Assembly: GCA_026396515.1 (NCBI GenBank)
Contig: JAPLWQ010000002.1
Location: 125,575 to 189,574, forward strand
Source: Candidatus Magasanikiibacteriota bacterium
GTDB lineage: Bacteria > Patescibacteriota > Patescibacteriia > Magasanikbacterales > GWA2-37-8
Direction: 5' to 3'
Length of the DNA: 64,000 nt
The position numbers and the translations under genes were made by a program. Shown one piece after another: positions 1 through 9,294 of this stretch (positions are counted from its first letter, which is position 1; each line of letters begins with the position of its first letter). The notes beneath the pieces were generated by a model. It was not told the DNA's origin, made no database searches, and saw only the letters and a program-made list of their open reading frames with translations.

Positions 1-3000
1 CAGTAAGCCGCTCATATGGAGTGCTCGTTCCAATTCCCACACTAACCGCATCAGCACCCGTTCCTCCCAGAACCATCATATTTGAACCGCCGACTTTGGC
101 GTCTTTGCCAATAGCGATGGCATTATCCGATGAGGATGCAGAAGCTAAGGTGTCAGCCCCGATACCTAAAAATAAACCATTCGAACCGACAAAAATTTGG
201 CCTGCTTGAAAACCAATAGCAGTGTTGCCACTCGTATTAACAACTAACGGGAGAGTTCCATACCCGATAGCAACATTATCAGCACCATCGATGTTGCCGC
301 TGAGGGCGGATGTACCAATGGCAGTATTCTGTATACCGGTAGTATTGAACTGCATGGCAGAATAACCAATCGCCATATTGTCAGAACCTGAGGTGTTGTC
401 GCGCAGAGCCTCGGCGCCGATCGCCATATTATTGTAACCGTTGTAATTGCTTCTAAGAGCCAGATTACCAATGCCAATGTTTCTGGAAGTGATCATGGTT
501 GAAGTCCCCGCGTCGCCAAAAAAGTAATTCATTAAAGTGGTTGAGCCGTACGCTAAATTTACTCCATTATATTTTAAATAATTACCGGCGCTAATTTGAA
601 TATTACCATTAACATCAATGGCTTCAGCAGGGGCGCTGGTGCCAATTCCTAAATAATTATTCGTATTATCCCAGTACAAGGAACTTGAGCCGGTGATGGT
701 ACTGCTTGCATTCCAAAAAGCGATTTGCCCGGCCGAGCCCGAACCGGAGATACCTGTGCCGGAAGTAAGGGAGAGCCATGTACTGCCGTTATAACCGATA
801 AAGTCTAGACCATTAAAAGCAATAGTACCGGCGGTAGATGTTGGAGAAGTTGTAGCGCCAATGTTGATCCCGCCATTCACGGTGAGCAATTCATAAGTTG
901 AAGTTGTTCCGATAGCCATACGTCCGCCAAAATAATTTAGAGAGTTGGCGCCATCGGAATAAATATTATAATTTGAAGTGGTGGCAAAATTTTGTTCTTG
1001 AATATAGAGCCCATACAGTTTGCCTATAGTACCAGAGCTTGAACCGCTGGTTGGATTATTAATCCTCATGCCATAAGCCTCGCCAATTGTTCCGGCTTCA
1101 ATATTTATACTTGAGTTAATGGCGGCCGCATTAACTATCGTCCCGCCGCCGATTCCGTTTTCTATATTACCACTAAGACCAACGGCGTTGTTGATTACTC
1201 CGGCATAAGAAGCATCATTAATTCCGTTTTGCACACCCCCTTGCAATCCTAAAGCATACCAAATACTGCCGGTTGGCGTTTCTAGGTCAACTGTAGACAT
1301 TTGTCCAAATGCCATCCCCACCGTTCCGGAACCTCTATGCTGAATTTGATTAATAATACCGGCCAAAGCATCAAAATTGCGGCTATTACTTTCATTAGTG
1401 GTAACATTAAACATGGCATTTAGCGTGGTCGAAGCATCCTCATCCGGATTTAAATCCATGCCCAAAATATTTCCTATCTCTAAACCAGAACCCGTATTTG
1501 ATAAATGATTATATTGTTTGTAAGAAGCAAAATTAAAATTTAAATCACTTGGCATCTCGGTTGGGAAGCCACCGCCAACAATAAGTCGGGAAATAGTTGA
1601 CGTGGATAAAGTGGAAGTGCCGTTTACACTCAAATTGTTCAAAAGATAAAACGCTGCGGTGCTGGTTCCACCGGCGAACTGAATTGAATTTGTAGTAACG
1701 TTACCATTGTCAGTTACTTGTTGCAGATTCATCCCGCCAAAATAGGTTCCGGTCGCGGTTAATGAAAGCCATTCTGTTCCGGTGTAACCAATAAAGTCAG
1801 TGCCGTTGAATGCGATAGTACCGGATGTGTCGGACAAAGTAGTAGTAGCACCGATATTAATTCCGCCGGCGACAGTCAGCCTTTCATATGTTGAGCTGGT
1901 ACCAATGGCGACATTGCCATTTGTCTCAATACGCATTCGCTCGGTTGATGGATCCGGATCACCTGCTCCTCCGGTATAAAAAGTAATATTTCTGCTTCCG
2001 CCGGTAGCTACCAAAGCAATACCATTAGAATCATATAAAGCTTGCAGGGTTAAATAACCGCCCAAGTTTGTATTGCCGGCTCCAAATTCAAAATTGTCGC
2101 CCAGCATCATAACGGCACCTCTCGAAGTTCCAGCCTCAAATATTGTGGCCGCTCCGGTTGATGTGCCATTGGCAATATTTTGAACAACTGTCTGCAAAAT
2201 ACTGTCAGTATCTTCAGAAATATGGAGCTTATAAGCCGGGCTGTACGTGCCGATGCCAAAAAAACCGTTTGTATTGTCCCAATACAACGAACTTGATCCG
2301 GCAATAGTGGATGAGTTGCTCCAGAAAGTTACTTCACCGGTATTACCTGACCCGGCAATACCGGGAACGGCCGGCGTACCTGAACCGGAAGTAAGCGACA
2401 CCCAAACGCTGCCGGTGTAGCCGATAAAATCAACCCCGTTCCAGGCAATCGTGCCGGCTGTTGAAGTTGGGGTTGTTGTCGCGCCGATATTAATGCCGCC
2501 GGCGACAGTAAATAATTCATATGTTGAACTGGTGCCAATAGAAACTTGTCCGGTTGAGGCAACACGCATTCTCTCCGTGGAAGGATACGGCTCGCTGGAA
2601 TTTAAACCGCCGGTATAAAAAATAATATTTTTATTTCCTCCGGTCGCAACCATGGCGATGCCATTTGAATTATCTTCGGCAGTTAAAGTTAGATACCCGG
2701 CCAAGTTGGTGTAACCGCTATCATACTCAAAATTTTCTGAAGGCATCAGCAGTCCGCCGCTGGCATTCCCGGATTGAACCACCAAGGCGGCGCCGGCTGT
2801 GGTGCCACTGGCCGTATTTTGTATCATCATCTGCATGATGCTATTTTCACTGTCAACAATGTGCAGCCTATGCTCCGGACTTGTTGTGCCGATACCAATA
2901 TTGCCGGCAAAATAATTTATCGAATTAGTACCGGCCGAATAAATGTTGAAATTTGTATCACTGCCGAGAGTTTGCTCTTCGATATATAAACCATACAAAT

Positions 3001-4663
3001 TGGAAATAGTACCGGTGCCACTATTGCTTGTTGCATTATTTATGCGCAGACCAGCAGCATTAATAATCGTGCCTGCTTCAATATTAATATCTGACAACAA
3101 CGCCGTCGCATTGGTAATCGTACCGCCGCCAATCCCATTTTCCACATATCCGCTAAGACCGACGGCAACTCCAATACTCCCTGAATATGTCGGGTCATTC
3201 GATCCGTTCATTACCTGACCTCTCATGCCAAAAGCAAAACTAATACTACCAGTAGGGCTTTCCAATTCAACTGACGACACACTGCCAAATGCACCAGATA
3301 CAGCTCCGGTGCCTTGGTGAACTACCTGGGTCATGGTACCCCCGATCAGATCAAAATTGCCGGTACTATTCTGGTTCGTCGTCAGGGTCAACATTGAATT
3401 AATGGTCGAGGAAGAATCCGCGGTAGTATTAAGATCAATAGAATATACGTGGGCCGGTAAAAACGAATCGGCCGGTAAAGAATTGTATTGCTTATAAGTG
3501 CTCAGTAACACTTCATCAGCAATATACCCACTATCACCGATGGCCAAGTGAGAAATTGTTGTGCTGGCCAGCGTACTCGTTCCGGACACATTCAAATTAT
3601 TGTTGACGATAAGAGCGCCGGTCATTGTGTCGCCGGTTATATCAACCCAAAGATCAGTGGAGGTAGACAAAAAGCTGGAAGAGGTAAAGCCACTTGCTAC
3701 CAAGCTTGTACCGTCAAACCACAAAAATTCATAAGGCGAAAACGAAGAGGCGTTTGTGCCGCCGTTAATGATCGGCAAAGTACCGGAAACATCAGAAACG
3801 AGATTTATTGTAGATGTACCCCAAACACCGCCGGACAGTTTAATAAATCCGTTCCAGCCGGAAGTGTCTTGACCGGTACCGCCGTAGGCCGGAGATATAA
3901 TGCCTCCCTGCCAAGTGCCGCCATTAATTATCCCCAAAGTGGATGTGCCGGTAACAGTAAGATTGGCGAGAGATAAATTTGTGCCAGTCGCATTGCTAAA
4001 AGTGAAGTCCGTCAAGGTAAGCGGATTTATTAAAATCAGGTTAGTGATGGTGGTGGTGGCAAAAGTAGAATTGCCAATAACAGAAAGATTGCCGCTGATA
4101 CTTGACGTGGCGGTTGAAGAAGACAAGTTAATTCCGGCGCCGGAATATGAACCAGTGCCGATATTAAAACTTAAGTCATTGCCAAGAGCCAAAAGTTGAT
4201 TTGGCGTGGCCGTGCTGGTGGCGTGAAAACCGTCAACACGATCAGAATTAAGAGCGTATGGATGAGAATTTAATTTAACACGCGGGCTGGCTTCTGCATC
4301 AGTGGAAATTTTTACACCAAGATAGTATGACCCGCTAGAGAAATCAAGATAAGACGGGAATGAAACACAGTCACCCAAGGTAAGAGTAAAATATCCTTGA
4401 GGATCGGGTAATATTTGAGCGCAAGCACCGCTTCCCTGATCGTATGTTTCTGTCCATAGCAGTGACCCACTTTGAGACGGGACATCAATGGGCGAACCAT
4501 TAGTGAGATGATTGTAAATTGAAAATTGAATTGTTGTGGAAGCGGCAATCGGGGTACCGGAATTGTCTCGAAGACGGCCCTGATAGTTAACAGCATTTGG
4601 GATAGCTTCGGCCAGGTCGGAAAAAATAAAAAAAGTAGATAACAATACTGCAAAAATAAGCAT
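1..4663 (-). CDS. Giant repetitive secreted surface protein (partial; C-terminus lies beyond window start)
   Basis: Continuous minus-strand frame from ATG at 4663 to the window edge with no stop in my manual translation. The ORF track omits it only because there is no stop in-window. N-terminus is MLIFAVLLSTFFIFSDLAEA-IPNAVNYQGRLRDNSG (signal-peptide-like). A ~100-aa unit recurs (IGTSSTYELLTVAGGINIGATTTPTSTAGTIAWNG.DFIGY.G..W.SLTSG). Short NxAIGxxAL-type repeats near the window start resemble adhesin / tail-fibre head repeats. Confidence 0.6.
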   Translation of the reverse strand, partial: MLIFAVLLSTFFIFSDLAEAIPNAVNYQGRLRDNSGTPIAASTTIQFSIYNHLTNGSPIDVPSQSGSLLWTETYDQGSGACAQILPDPQGYFTLTLGDCVSFPSYLDFSSGSYYLGVKISTDAEASPRVKLNSHPYALNSDRVDGFHATSTATPNQLLALGNDLSFNIGTGSYSGAGINLSSSTATSSISGNLSVIGNSTFATTTITNLILINPLTLTDFTFSNATGTNLSLANLTVTGTSTLGIINGGTWQGGIISPAYGGTGQDTSGWNGFIKLSGGVWGTSTINLVSDVSGTLPIINGGTNASSFSPYEFLWFDGTSLVASGFTSSSFLSTSTDLWVDITGDTMTGALIVNNNLNVSGTSTLASTTISHLAIGDSGYIADEVLLSTYKQYNSLPADSFLPAHVYSIDLNTTADSSSTINSMLTLTTNQNSTGNFDLIGGTMTQVVHQGTGAVSGAFGSVSSVELESPTGSISFAFGMRGQVMNGSNDPTYSGSIGVAVGLSGYVENGIGGGTITNATALLSDINIEAGTIINAAGLRINNATSNSGTGTISNLYGLYIEEQTLGSDTNFNIYSAGTNSINYFAGNIGIGTTSPEHRLHIVDSENSIMQMMIQNTASGTTAGAALVVQSGNASGGLLMPSENFEYDSGYTNLAGYLTLTAEDNSNGIAMVATGGNKNIIFYTGGLNSSEPYPSTERMRVASTGQVSIGTSSTYELFTVAGGINIGATTTPTSTAGTIAWNGVDFIGYTGSVWVSLTSGSGTPAVPGIAGSGNTGEVTFWSNSSTIAGSSSLYWDNTNGFFGIGTYSPAYKLHISEDTDSILQTVVQNIANGTSTGAATIFEAGTSRGAVMMLGDNFEFGAGNTNLGGYLTLQALYDSNGIALVATGGSRNITFYTGGAGDPDPSTERMRIETNGNVAIGTSSTYERLTVAGGINIGATTTLSDTSGTIAFNGTDFIGYTGTEWLSLTATGTYFGGMNLQQVTDNGNVTTNSIQFAGGTSTAAFYLLNNLSVNGTSTLSTSTISRLIVGGGFPTEMPSDLNFNFASYKQYNHLSNTGSGLEIGNILGMDLNPDEDASTTLNAMFNVTTNESNSRNFDALAGIINQIQHRGSGTVGMAFGQMSTVDLETPTGSIWYALGLQGGVQNGINDASYAGVINNAVGLSGNIENGIGGGTIVNAAAINSSINIEAGTIGEAYGMRINNPTSGSSSGTIGKLYGLYIQEQNFATTSNYNIYSDGANSLNYFGGRMAIGTTSTYELLTVNGGINIGATTSPTSTAGTIAFNGLDFIGYNGSTWLSLTSGTGISGSGSAGQIAFWNASSTITGSSSLYWDNTNNYLGIGTSAPAEAIDVNGNIQISAGNYLKYNGVNLAYGSTTLMNYFFGDAGTSTMITSRNIGIGNLALRSNYNGYNNMAIGAEALRDNTSGSDNMAIGYSAMQFNTTGIQNTAIGTSALSGNIDGADNVAIGYGTLPLVVNTSGNTAIGFQAGQIFVGSNGLFLGIGADTLASASSSDNAIAIGKDAKVGGSNMMVLGGTGADAVSVGIGTSTPYERLT

Positions 4664-4877
4664 TTTTGCTCTATTTCTTGAAAAATAAACTACCAGGTTT
4701 AGTCGTTCTTTGACCATCCGAAAATCGATAGATTAATTTACATCATTATTATAGCATATTTTTGCTTCATTGGATAACACTTACAACCATCAGCTGTGGA
4801 TAATTTTCTCTTAGTTAAGACAAAAAACAAAAAATAAAAAAAGAGGTGGCGGAAACACCCTTTTTTAATGAAATTTT

Positions 4878-5606
4878 TTACGGGTTAACCAGTGCCGTAA
4901 TGGTAATTGTGCCGGAATAATCGCCACTCTGCTGTGTTACCGGCGGCGAAGCACGATAACCAATAATCGTGTCGGTTGAGCCAAAATTACAGGTTGAACA
5001 ATTCATGATCTGTTGCATTGAGACAGGAAAACCGGCATATTTTGCCGTACCCGACGCATCACTTGCCCCCCACCAAGTCGAATCATAATTAGAGTTCGTC
5101 CCCGCTTGCATTACGCGAAAGCTTAAGTTGTTACCGGGTGTTGTAGCGCCGTTTCCGGAACCGCTTGAATTCCAATCAGTCGCATCTGGAAATGGATTGT
5201 CCGGAGGCGAACCTGCATTTTGATCCATGGTTGAGGTGGCGCTGTCGCGTTTTATCGTAATATTATAGCCATTTAAAGCGCCGACCATATCAACAACTAC
5301 CGACGAGGTGACTTGCGAGGGGATAAGCGGCGTTAATACTCCAAAATTTACGCTGGTGGCAACAGTGATTGTCATCACGCCAAACTCAATCACCAAACCA
5401 TTATCCAAAATATAATTAGTGCTGGTGGAACGCCCGACTGCAGGATCACCGGCACCCCCCTTCAACTGAAAACCCGTTGATGTCGCATCATGGTAAGTAG
5501 CATTATATGTGCTCCTGTCTTCAGTGTACGCGAAAACAGTCGCCGCCATAGTTAACGACAATAGAAAAATATTTGAAAAAAATTTTAATATTCGAAGCGG
5601 TTGCAT
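4878..5606 (-). CDS. Secreted WxL-like surface protein, paralogue A
   Basis: 242 aa with N-terminal signal peptide. Shares motifs with 5783..6430: FPDATxW, LSFR, WWGAxD, AGFP, and a C-terminal GxYSGTxTxTAxxNP resembling the WxL-domain C-terminus. Confidence 0.45.
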   Translation of the reverse strand: MQPLRILKFFSNIFLLSLTMAATVFAYTEDRSTYNATYHDATSTGFQLKGGAGDPAVGRSTSTNYILDNGLVIEFGVMTITVATSVNFGVLTPLIPSQVTSSVVVDMVGALNGYNITIKRDSATSTMDQNAGSPPDNPFPDATDWNSSGSGNGATTPGNNLSFRVMQAGTNSNYDSTWWGASDASGTAKYAGFPVSMQQIMNCSTCNFGSTDTIIGYRASPPVTQQSGDYSGTITITALVNP

Positions 5607-5782
5607 GCAAATATTATATCAGATTTTATGTCGTCTGACAAAGCGACAACCCCTGAACCTTACCCTCTTTATCCTGTGGATAACTAATTGAATACCATCC
5701 GGCGTAAATGTGGTATAATTAGCGAGGTGAAAAATATCCAAATATTTTTTACAATATTTAATTAATAATAAATTTTAATATT

Positions 5783-6430
5783 ATGAGAAGAAAAATTCTT
5801 TCTGCCGTCATCGCTGTAATGATGATTGTGGGCGGAAGCGGTATATTAAGTTTAGCTCGAATTCAAGTTGTCAAAGCCGTGTCTGACAGTAAAACGCAGA
5901 CAATTGTGCTTTCAGTCACATCAACGATCACGCTGACACTGGCTACCAGCACGGTAAATCTTGGCACATTAGCGCCAGGCACTCCCCTTTCCGCCACAAC
6001 ATCGCTAAGTGTGACCACCAACGACGGTAATGGATGGAATCTTCAGGTTATGCGCGATGACGCCACCACAACATTGAATCTTAATGGAACTTCAACGCCA
6101 GACACTACTTTTCCTGATGCGACGGCCTGGGCATATGCCACTCCAAATGCCACAACTTCCGCTAATGTTGGCGCAAATTTATCATTCAGGATTTTTCAGA
6201 CCGGCACTGATGCAGCACTTTATAATGCCAGCTGGTGGGGGGCTGATGATACCGCTCCGAACGCATTATTCGCCGGGTTTCCTGCCACAAATCAGCAACT
6301 CGCGACAATAGCGTCTTATGTGGGATCTGCACAGGCGGTGGCCTATGGTTTCAGGGCAGATGCTCCGGGCACACAGCCGGGCGGTACTTATTCCGGTACA
6401 GTGACATTTACTGCAATTACCAATCCATAA
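5783..6430 (+). CDS. Secreted WxL-like surface protein, paralogue B
   Basis: 215 aa with signal peptide. Contains NGWNLQV (W-x-L motif) and C-terminal GTYSGTVTFTAITNP. Divergently arranged with paralogue A across a shared ~175-bp intergenic region. Confidence 0.5.
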   Translation: MRRKILSAVIAVMMIVGGSGILSLARIQVVKAVSDSKTQTIVLSVTSTITLTLATSTVNLGTLAPGTPLSATTSLSVTTNDGNGWNLQVMRDDATTTLNLNGTSTPDTTFPDATAWAYATPNATTSANVGANLSFRIFQTGTDAALYNASWWGADDTAPNALFAGFPATNQQLATIASYVGSAQAVAYGFRADAPGTQPGGTYSGTVTFTAITNP

Positions 6431-6442
6431 GAATATATTTTT

Positions 6443-7360
6443 ATGAAGAGAGCGACATACGTCAAATTTGGTCTCTCGCTCATACTGGCCACAATTATTT
6501 CACTACTCAAAATAGAAGCTGCGTCCGCGCAGCTTTCTATTTCTGCATACCCTCTTTCAGTTCGTGGCAAGCTTGACCCGGGGCAATCAATGCAGGCAAA
6601 TGTCACGGTGACAAACCCGAATGATTTTGACATTCGTGTCAGACCGGAAAAAGAAAATCTTAGTGGCGGTGCGGAGGGCGTTATACAGCTTCAGGGCGAA
6701 AAAGATATTCCATGGGGCATCGCGTCGTGGATTAAATTCGATGATTCTAATGATTTTTTGCTTAAACCGAAAGAGCACAGAAAAGTTTTCTTTACTATTG
6801 ACGTACCGGCAAATGCGGAACCGGGAGGCCATTATGGCGCCGTTCTGTTTAGGGCTCTCTCTGCGACTGCTGAAGAAAACGAACAAAGTGGTGTTGAAGT
6901 TTCCGGACGGGTGGGTAGTGTCCTGTTATTCGAAATTTCAGGCAATGTAATTAATGACGCGACCGTGTCGGAAATAATTGCGCCAAAATTTATCGGCCAT
7001 GGACCGTTGAAAATTTCCTTTAAATTTAAAAATGGCGGCAATTCATACTTCAGCCCGGAGGGCGAGGTTGTATATTCAAATTTTTGGAACAAAAGCTATG
7101 ACGCATGGCGGCCACGCGTAGTTTTTCCCGGTTTTGAACGAACATTCGACTCCGCATGGAACCGAAAATTCTTATTTGGTCCTGTAAAAATTACGATCAA
7201 TTCCAGAGTACAGGAAAACGGTCTTATTATCCCTGCAAAATCAATTATTATCTGGGCGTTTCCCTGGCAAGAAGCATTAATTATTCTTGCAGCTATACTG
7301 ATCCTGCTATTCGGAATAAAATATTTCAAAAAGAAATTTAAGATCGTGCGTGTTGAGTAG
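6443..7360 (+). CDS. DUF916/DUF3324-like cell-surface protein with C-terminal membrane anchor
   Basis: 305 aa: signal peptide, beta-rich ectodomain, C-terminal TM helix (ALIILAAILILLFGI) followed by basic tail KYFKKKFKIVRVE. This architecture, and its position next to WxL-like genes, match the DUF916/DUF3324 proteins of Firmicute WxL (Csc) clusters. Architecture-based inference only. Confidence 0.4.
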   Translation: MKRATYVKFGLSLILATIISLLKIEAASAQLSISAYPLSVRGKLDPGQSMQANVTVTNPNDFDIRVRPEKENLSGGAEGVIQLQGEKDIPWGIASWIKFDDSNDFLLKPKEHRKVFFTIDVPANAEPGGHYGAVLFRALSATAEENEQSGVEVSGRVGSVLLFEISGNVINDATVSEIIAPKFIGHGPLKISFKFKNGGNSYFSPEGEVVYSNFWNKSYDAWRPRVVFPGFERTFDSAWNRKFLFGPVKITINSRVQENGLIIPAKSIIIWAFPWQEALIILAAILILLFGIKYFKKKFKIVRVE

Positions 7361-7369
7361 AAATTTAAC

Positions 7370-8377
7370 ATGCGGAGGAAAATATTAAAAACCATTGTAA
7401 TGATGCGAGCCCCTAAATTTCTTGTTATGGGGCTTGTATTTATATTGGCGCCAATCATGGTTTTTGCCGCTACATCCAGCCAAAACCAAAATATGACCAT
7501 AGTTGTTTCCTCAACTCCTCCCGCCGATCATTGCATTGATGGCATGCAAAATTTTGATGAAACCGGGGTAGATTGCGGCGGTTCAACCTGCTCCTCATGT
7601 GGGGGAGGCGGAGGTGGCGGAGGGGCGGTTCTCGCCCAAGTGTCATTTAACGGAAAAGCTGCACCGTACGGCTCAATAAAAATATTAAAAGATGGTATTT
7701 TGGCGTCTACCGGCGCTGCTACGGCAAGCGGCGATTTTAATATTGTCGCCGGAAATTTATCAACCGGCAATTATAAGTTCACAATATATTACGAAGATTC
7801 TGCCGGACGACGATCGGCATCTCTTATTATCAACACTTCAATTAACCAGCGGGGTCAGGCGGTAATCTTCAGCAATATCTTGCTCTCGCCAACCTTAGAC
7901 ACTAATATGAAGGAGGTGAAACGAGGTGAATCAATTACAATATTTGGTGAAGCAACACCTGGCGCGGATATTACGATACGCATTACCGCAGGCAACGGCA
8001 GTGAATTGATATATCACACAACTGCTTTGAGCAACGGAAACTATCAATTTGTTCTTAACACATCGGCGATGGCTCTGGGACAATATTCAATAAGAGTCCG
8101 ATCCGCTCTTGGAACAACAATGCTAAGCGAATATACTTCGCCCATTACATTCACCGTTAGCGAAAAATCAATTATGGAACCACAGGAAAAATGCCCGACA
8201 AAAGGCGATTTAAACAATGATTGCCGGGTAAATTTGGTTGATTTTTCTATCGCCGCCTATTGGTATCATCGCCAAATGAGCCCGTCATTTTTTGCTATTG
8301 AGGCAAGGAAACTTAATGGCGACGGGATTATCAGTTTGGTTGATTTCAGCATTCTTGCTTATTATTGGACAGGGTAA
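7370..8377 (+). CDS. Secreted dockerin-domain protein (Cys/Gly-rich linker, Ig-like beta domains, C-terminal type-I-like dockerin)
   Basis: 335 aa with signal peptide and a GGGGGGGG linker. C-terminus has two Ca-binding dockerin-like segments: DLNNDCRVNLVDFSIAAYWY (fits DxNxD.xVNxxD) and LNGDGIISLVDFSILAYYW. Confidence 0.6.
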   Translation: MRRKILKTIVMMRAPKFLVMGLVFILAPIMVFAATSSQNQNMTIVVSSTPPADHCIDGMQNFDETGVDCGGSTCSSCGGGGGGGGAVLAQVSFNGKAAPYGSIKILKDGILASTGAATASGDFNIVAGNLSTGNYKFTIYYEDSAGRRSASLIINTSINQRGQAVIFSNILLSPTLDTNMKEVKRGESITIFGEATPGADITIRITAGNGSELIYHTTALSNGNYQFVLNTSAMALGQYSIRVRSALGTTMLSEYTSPITFTVSEKSIMEPQEKCPTKGDLNNDCRVNLVDFSIAAYWYHRQMSPSFFAIEARKLNGDGIISLVDFSILAYYWTG

Positions 8378-9294
8378 ATCTTGTGAAAAAAATAATTTTT
8401 TTATTACTCGTCGCATCAATATATTTATTTATAGCAGCAGATGTTTTTGCGGCTGATTTTTTATTTTTTGGTGTTCCACAATCAGTAAATGCCGGCGACG
8501 AATTTAAGATAGATGCCGTTATCGACGCTAAGAAGCTGCCGATTAATGCCCTGTCCGGAAAAATAATTTTTTCTGAAAATTTATTGGATGTAAATCAAAT
8601 TTTAACCGGCAACTCGGGAATAAATTTTTGGATTGAATCGCCAAAAATTTCCCAGCCCGGAACAATTGATTTTTCAGGAATTGTAACCAACGGTTTTGAC
8701 GGAGAATTAGTGCTTTTTTCCGCCATTTTTAAAGCAAAATCACATGGCGAAGCCAATATTGAATATACAGACATTCAGGCCTTATTAAATGACGGAAATG
8801 GAACAAAGGACATTCCCTCGTCAAAAAATATATCCGTAAAAATTACTGTGCCGGCCGAAGGAGAGCCCGCTAAATTATTTACGGCCGTCGACAGCGAACA
8901 GCCGGATGATTTTATTCCTCAAATTGTAAAAACGGCGAATCTTTTTAATGGCGACTATACAATAATTTTTCAGGCGCAAGATAAACAGTCCGGAATTGAT
9001 CATTATGAAATAATGGAAAGAAAAACTTACAGGTTGTTTAATAATGAATTTGAATTTGGAATTTGGAAAAATGCTGAAAGCCCATTTCGGCTCAGCGACC
9101 AAAAATTGCAGAGCAATATTTTCGTTAAAGCGATTGACGAACAAGGGAATGAACGCGTGGCTTATCTTCCGGCTTCAAACCCAATTCTCTGGTATGAAAA
9201 TCGCTTAATTTGGAGTATAATTATATTGATAGCGGCAATTATCTTTGCCTGCGTTCTATTATATGCCAGAAAAAAAGATAAAAACCACCAGTAG
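8365..9294 (+). CDS. Membrane-anchored cohesin-like domain protein 1
   Basis: 309 aa with signal peptide. GDEFKIDAVIDAKKLPINALSGKIIFSENLLDV...GTIDFSGIV...GELVLFSAIFKAKSHGEANIEYTDIQALLNDGNGT follows the cohesin pattern (V.aGd.f.v.v......i....f.l.yd...l.v...G....f.......G.l......F.a....G...i......f.dn.g.). C-terminal TM is IILIAAIIFACVLLYARKKDK. Start overlaps the dockerin gene by 13 nt. Confidence 0.55.
   Translation: MDRVNLVKKIIFLLLVASIYLFIAADVFAADFLFFGVPQSVNAGDEFKIDAVIDAKKLPINALSGKIIFSENLLDVNQILTGNSGINFWIESPKISQPGTIDFSGIVTNGFDGELVLFSAIFKAKSHGEANIEYTDIQALLNDGNGTKDIPSSKNISVKITVPAEGEPAKLFTAVDSEQPDDFIPQIVKTANLFNGDYTIIFQAQDKQSGIDHYEIMERKTYRLFNNEFEFGIWKNAESPFRLSDQKLQSNIFVKAIDEQGNERVAYLPASNPILWYENRLIWSIIILIAAIIFACVLLYARKKDKNHQ

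Noticed and set aside
2107-4199. Plus- and minus-strand small ORFs (e.g. 2774..2989, 2943..3218, 3548..3976, 3900..4199, 2107..2304, 2329..2565, 244..477) within the first 4.6 kb
   Set aside because: All lie inside, or antisense to, the single long minus-strand frame of the giant surface protein. Their translations are low-complexity.
6084-7500. ORFs 6084..6311, 6388..6633, 6587..6886, 6621..6950, 6832..7092, 7096..7500 overlapping the WxL-like and DUF916-like genes
   Set aside because: Alternate-frame overlaps of stronger, signal-peptide-bearing ORFs in a tightly coupled operon.
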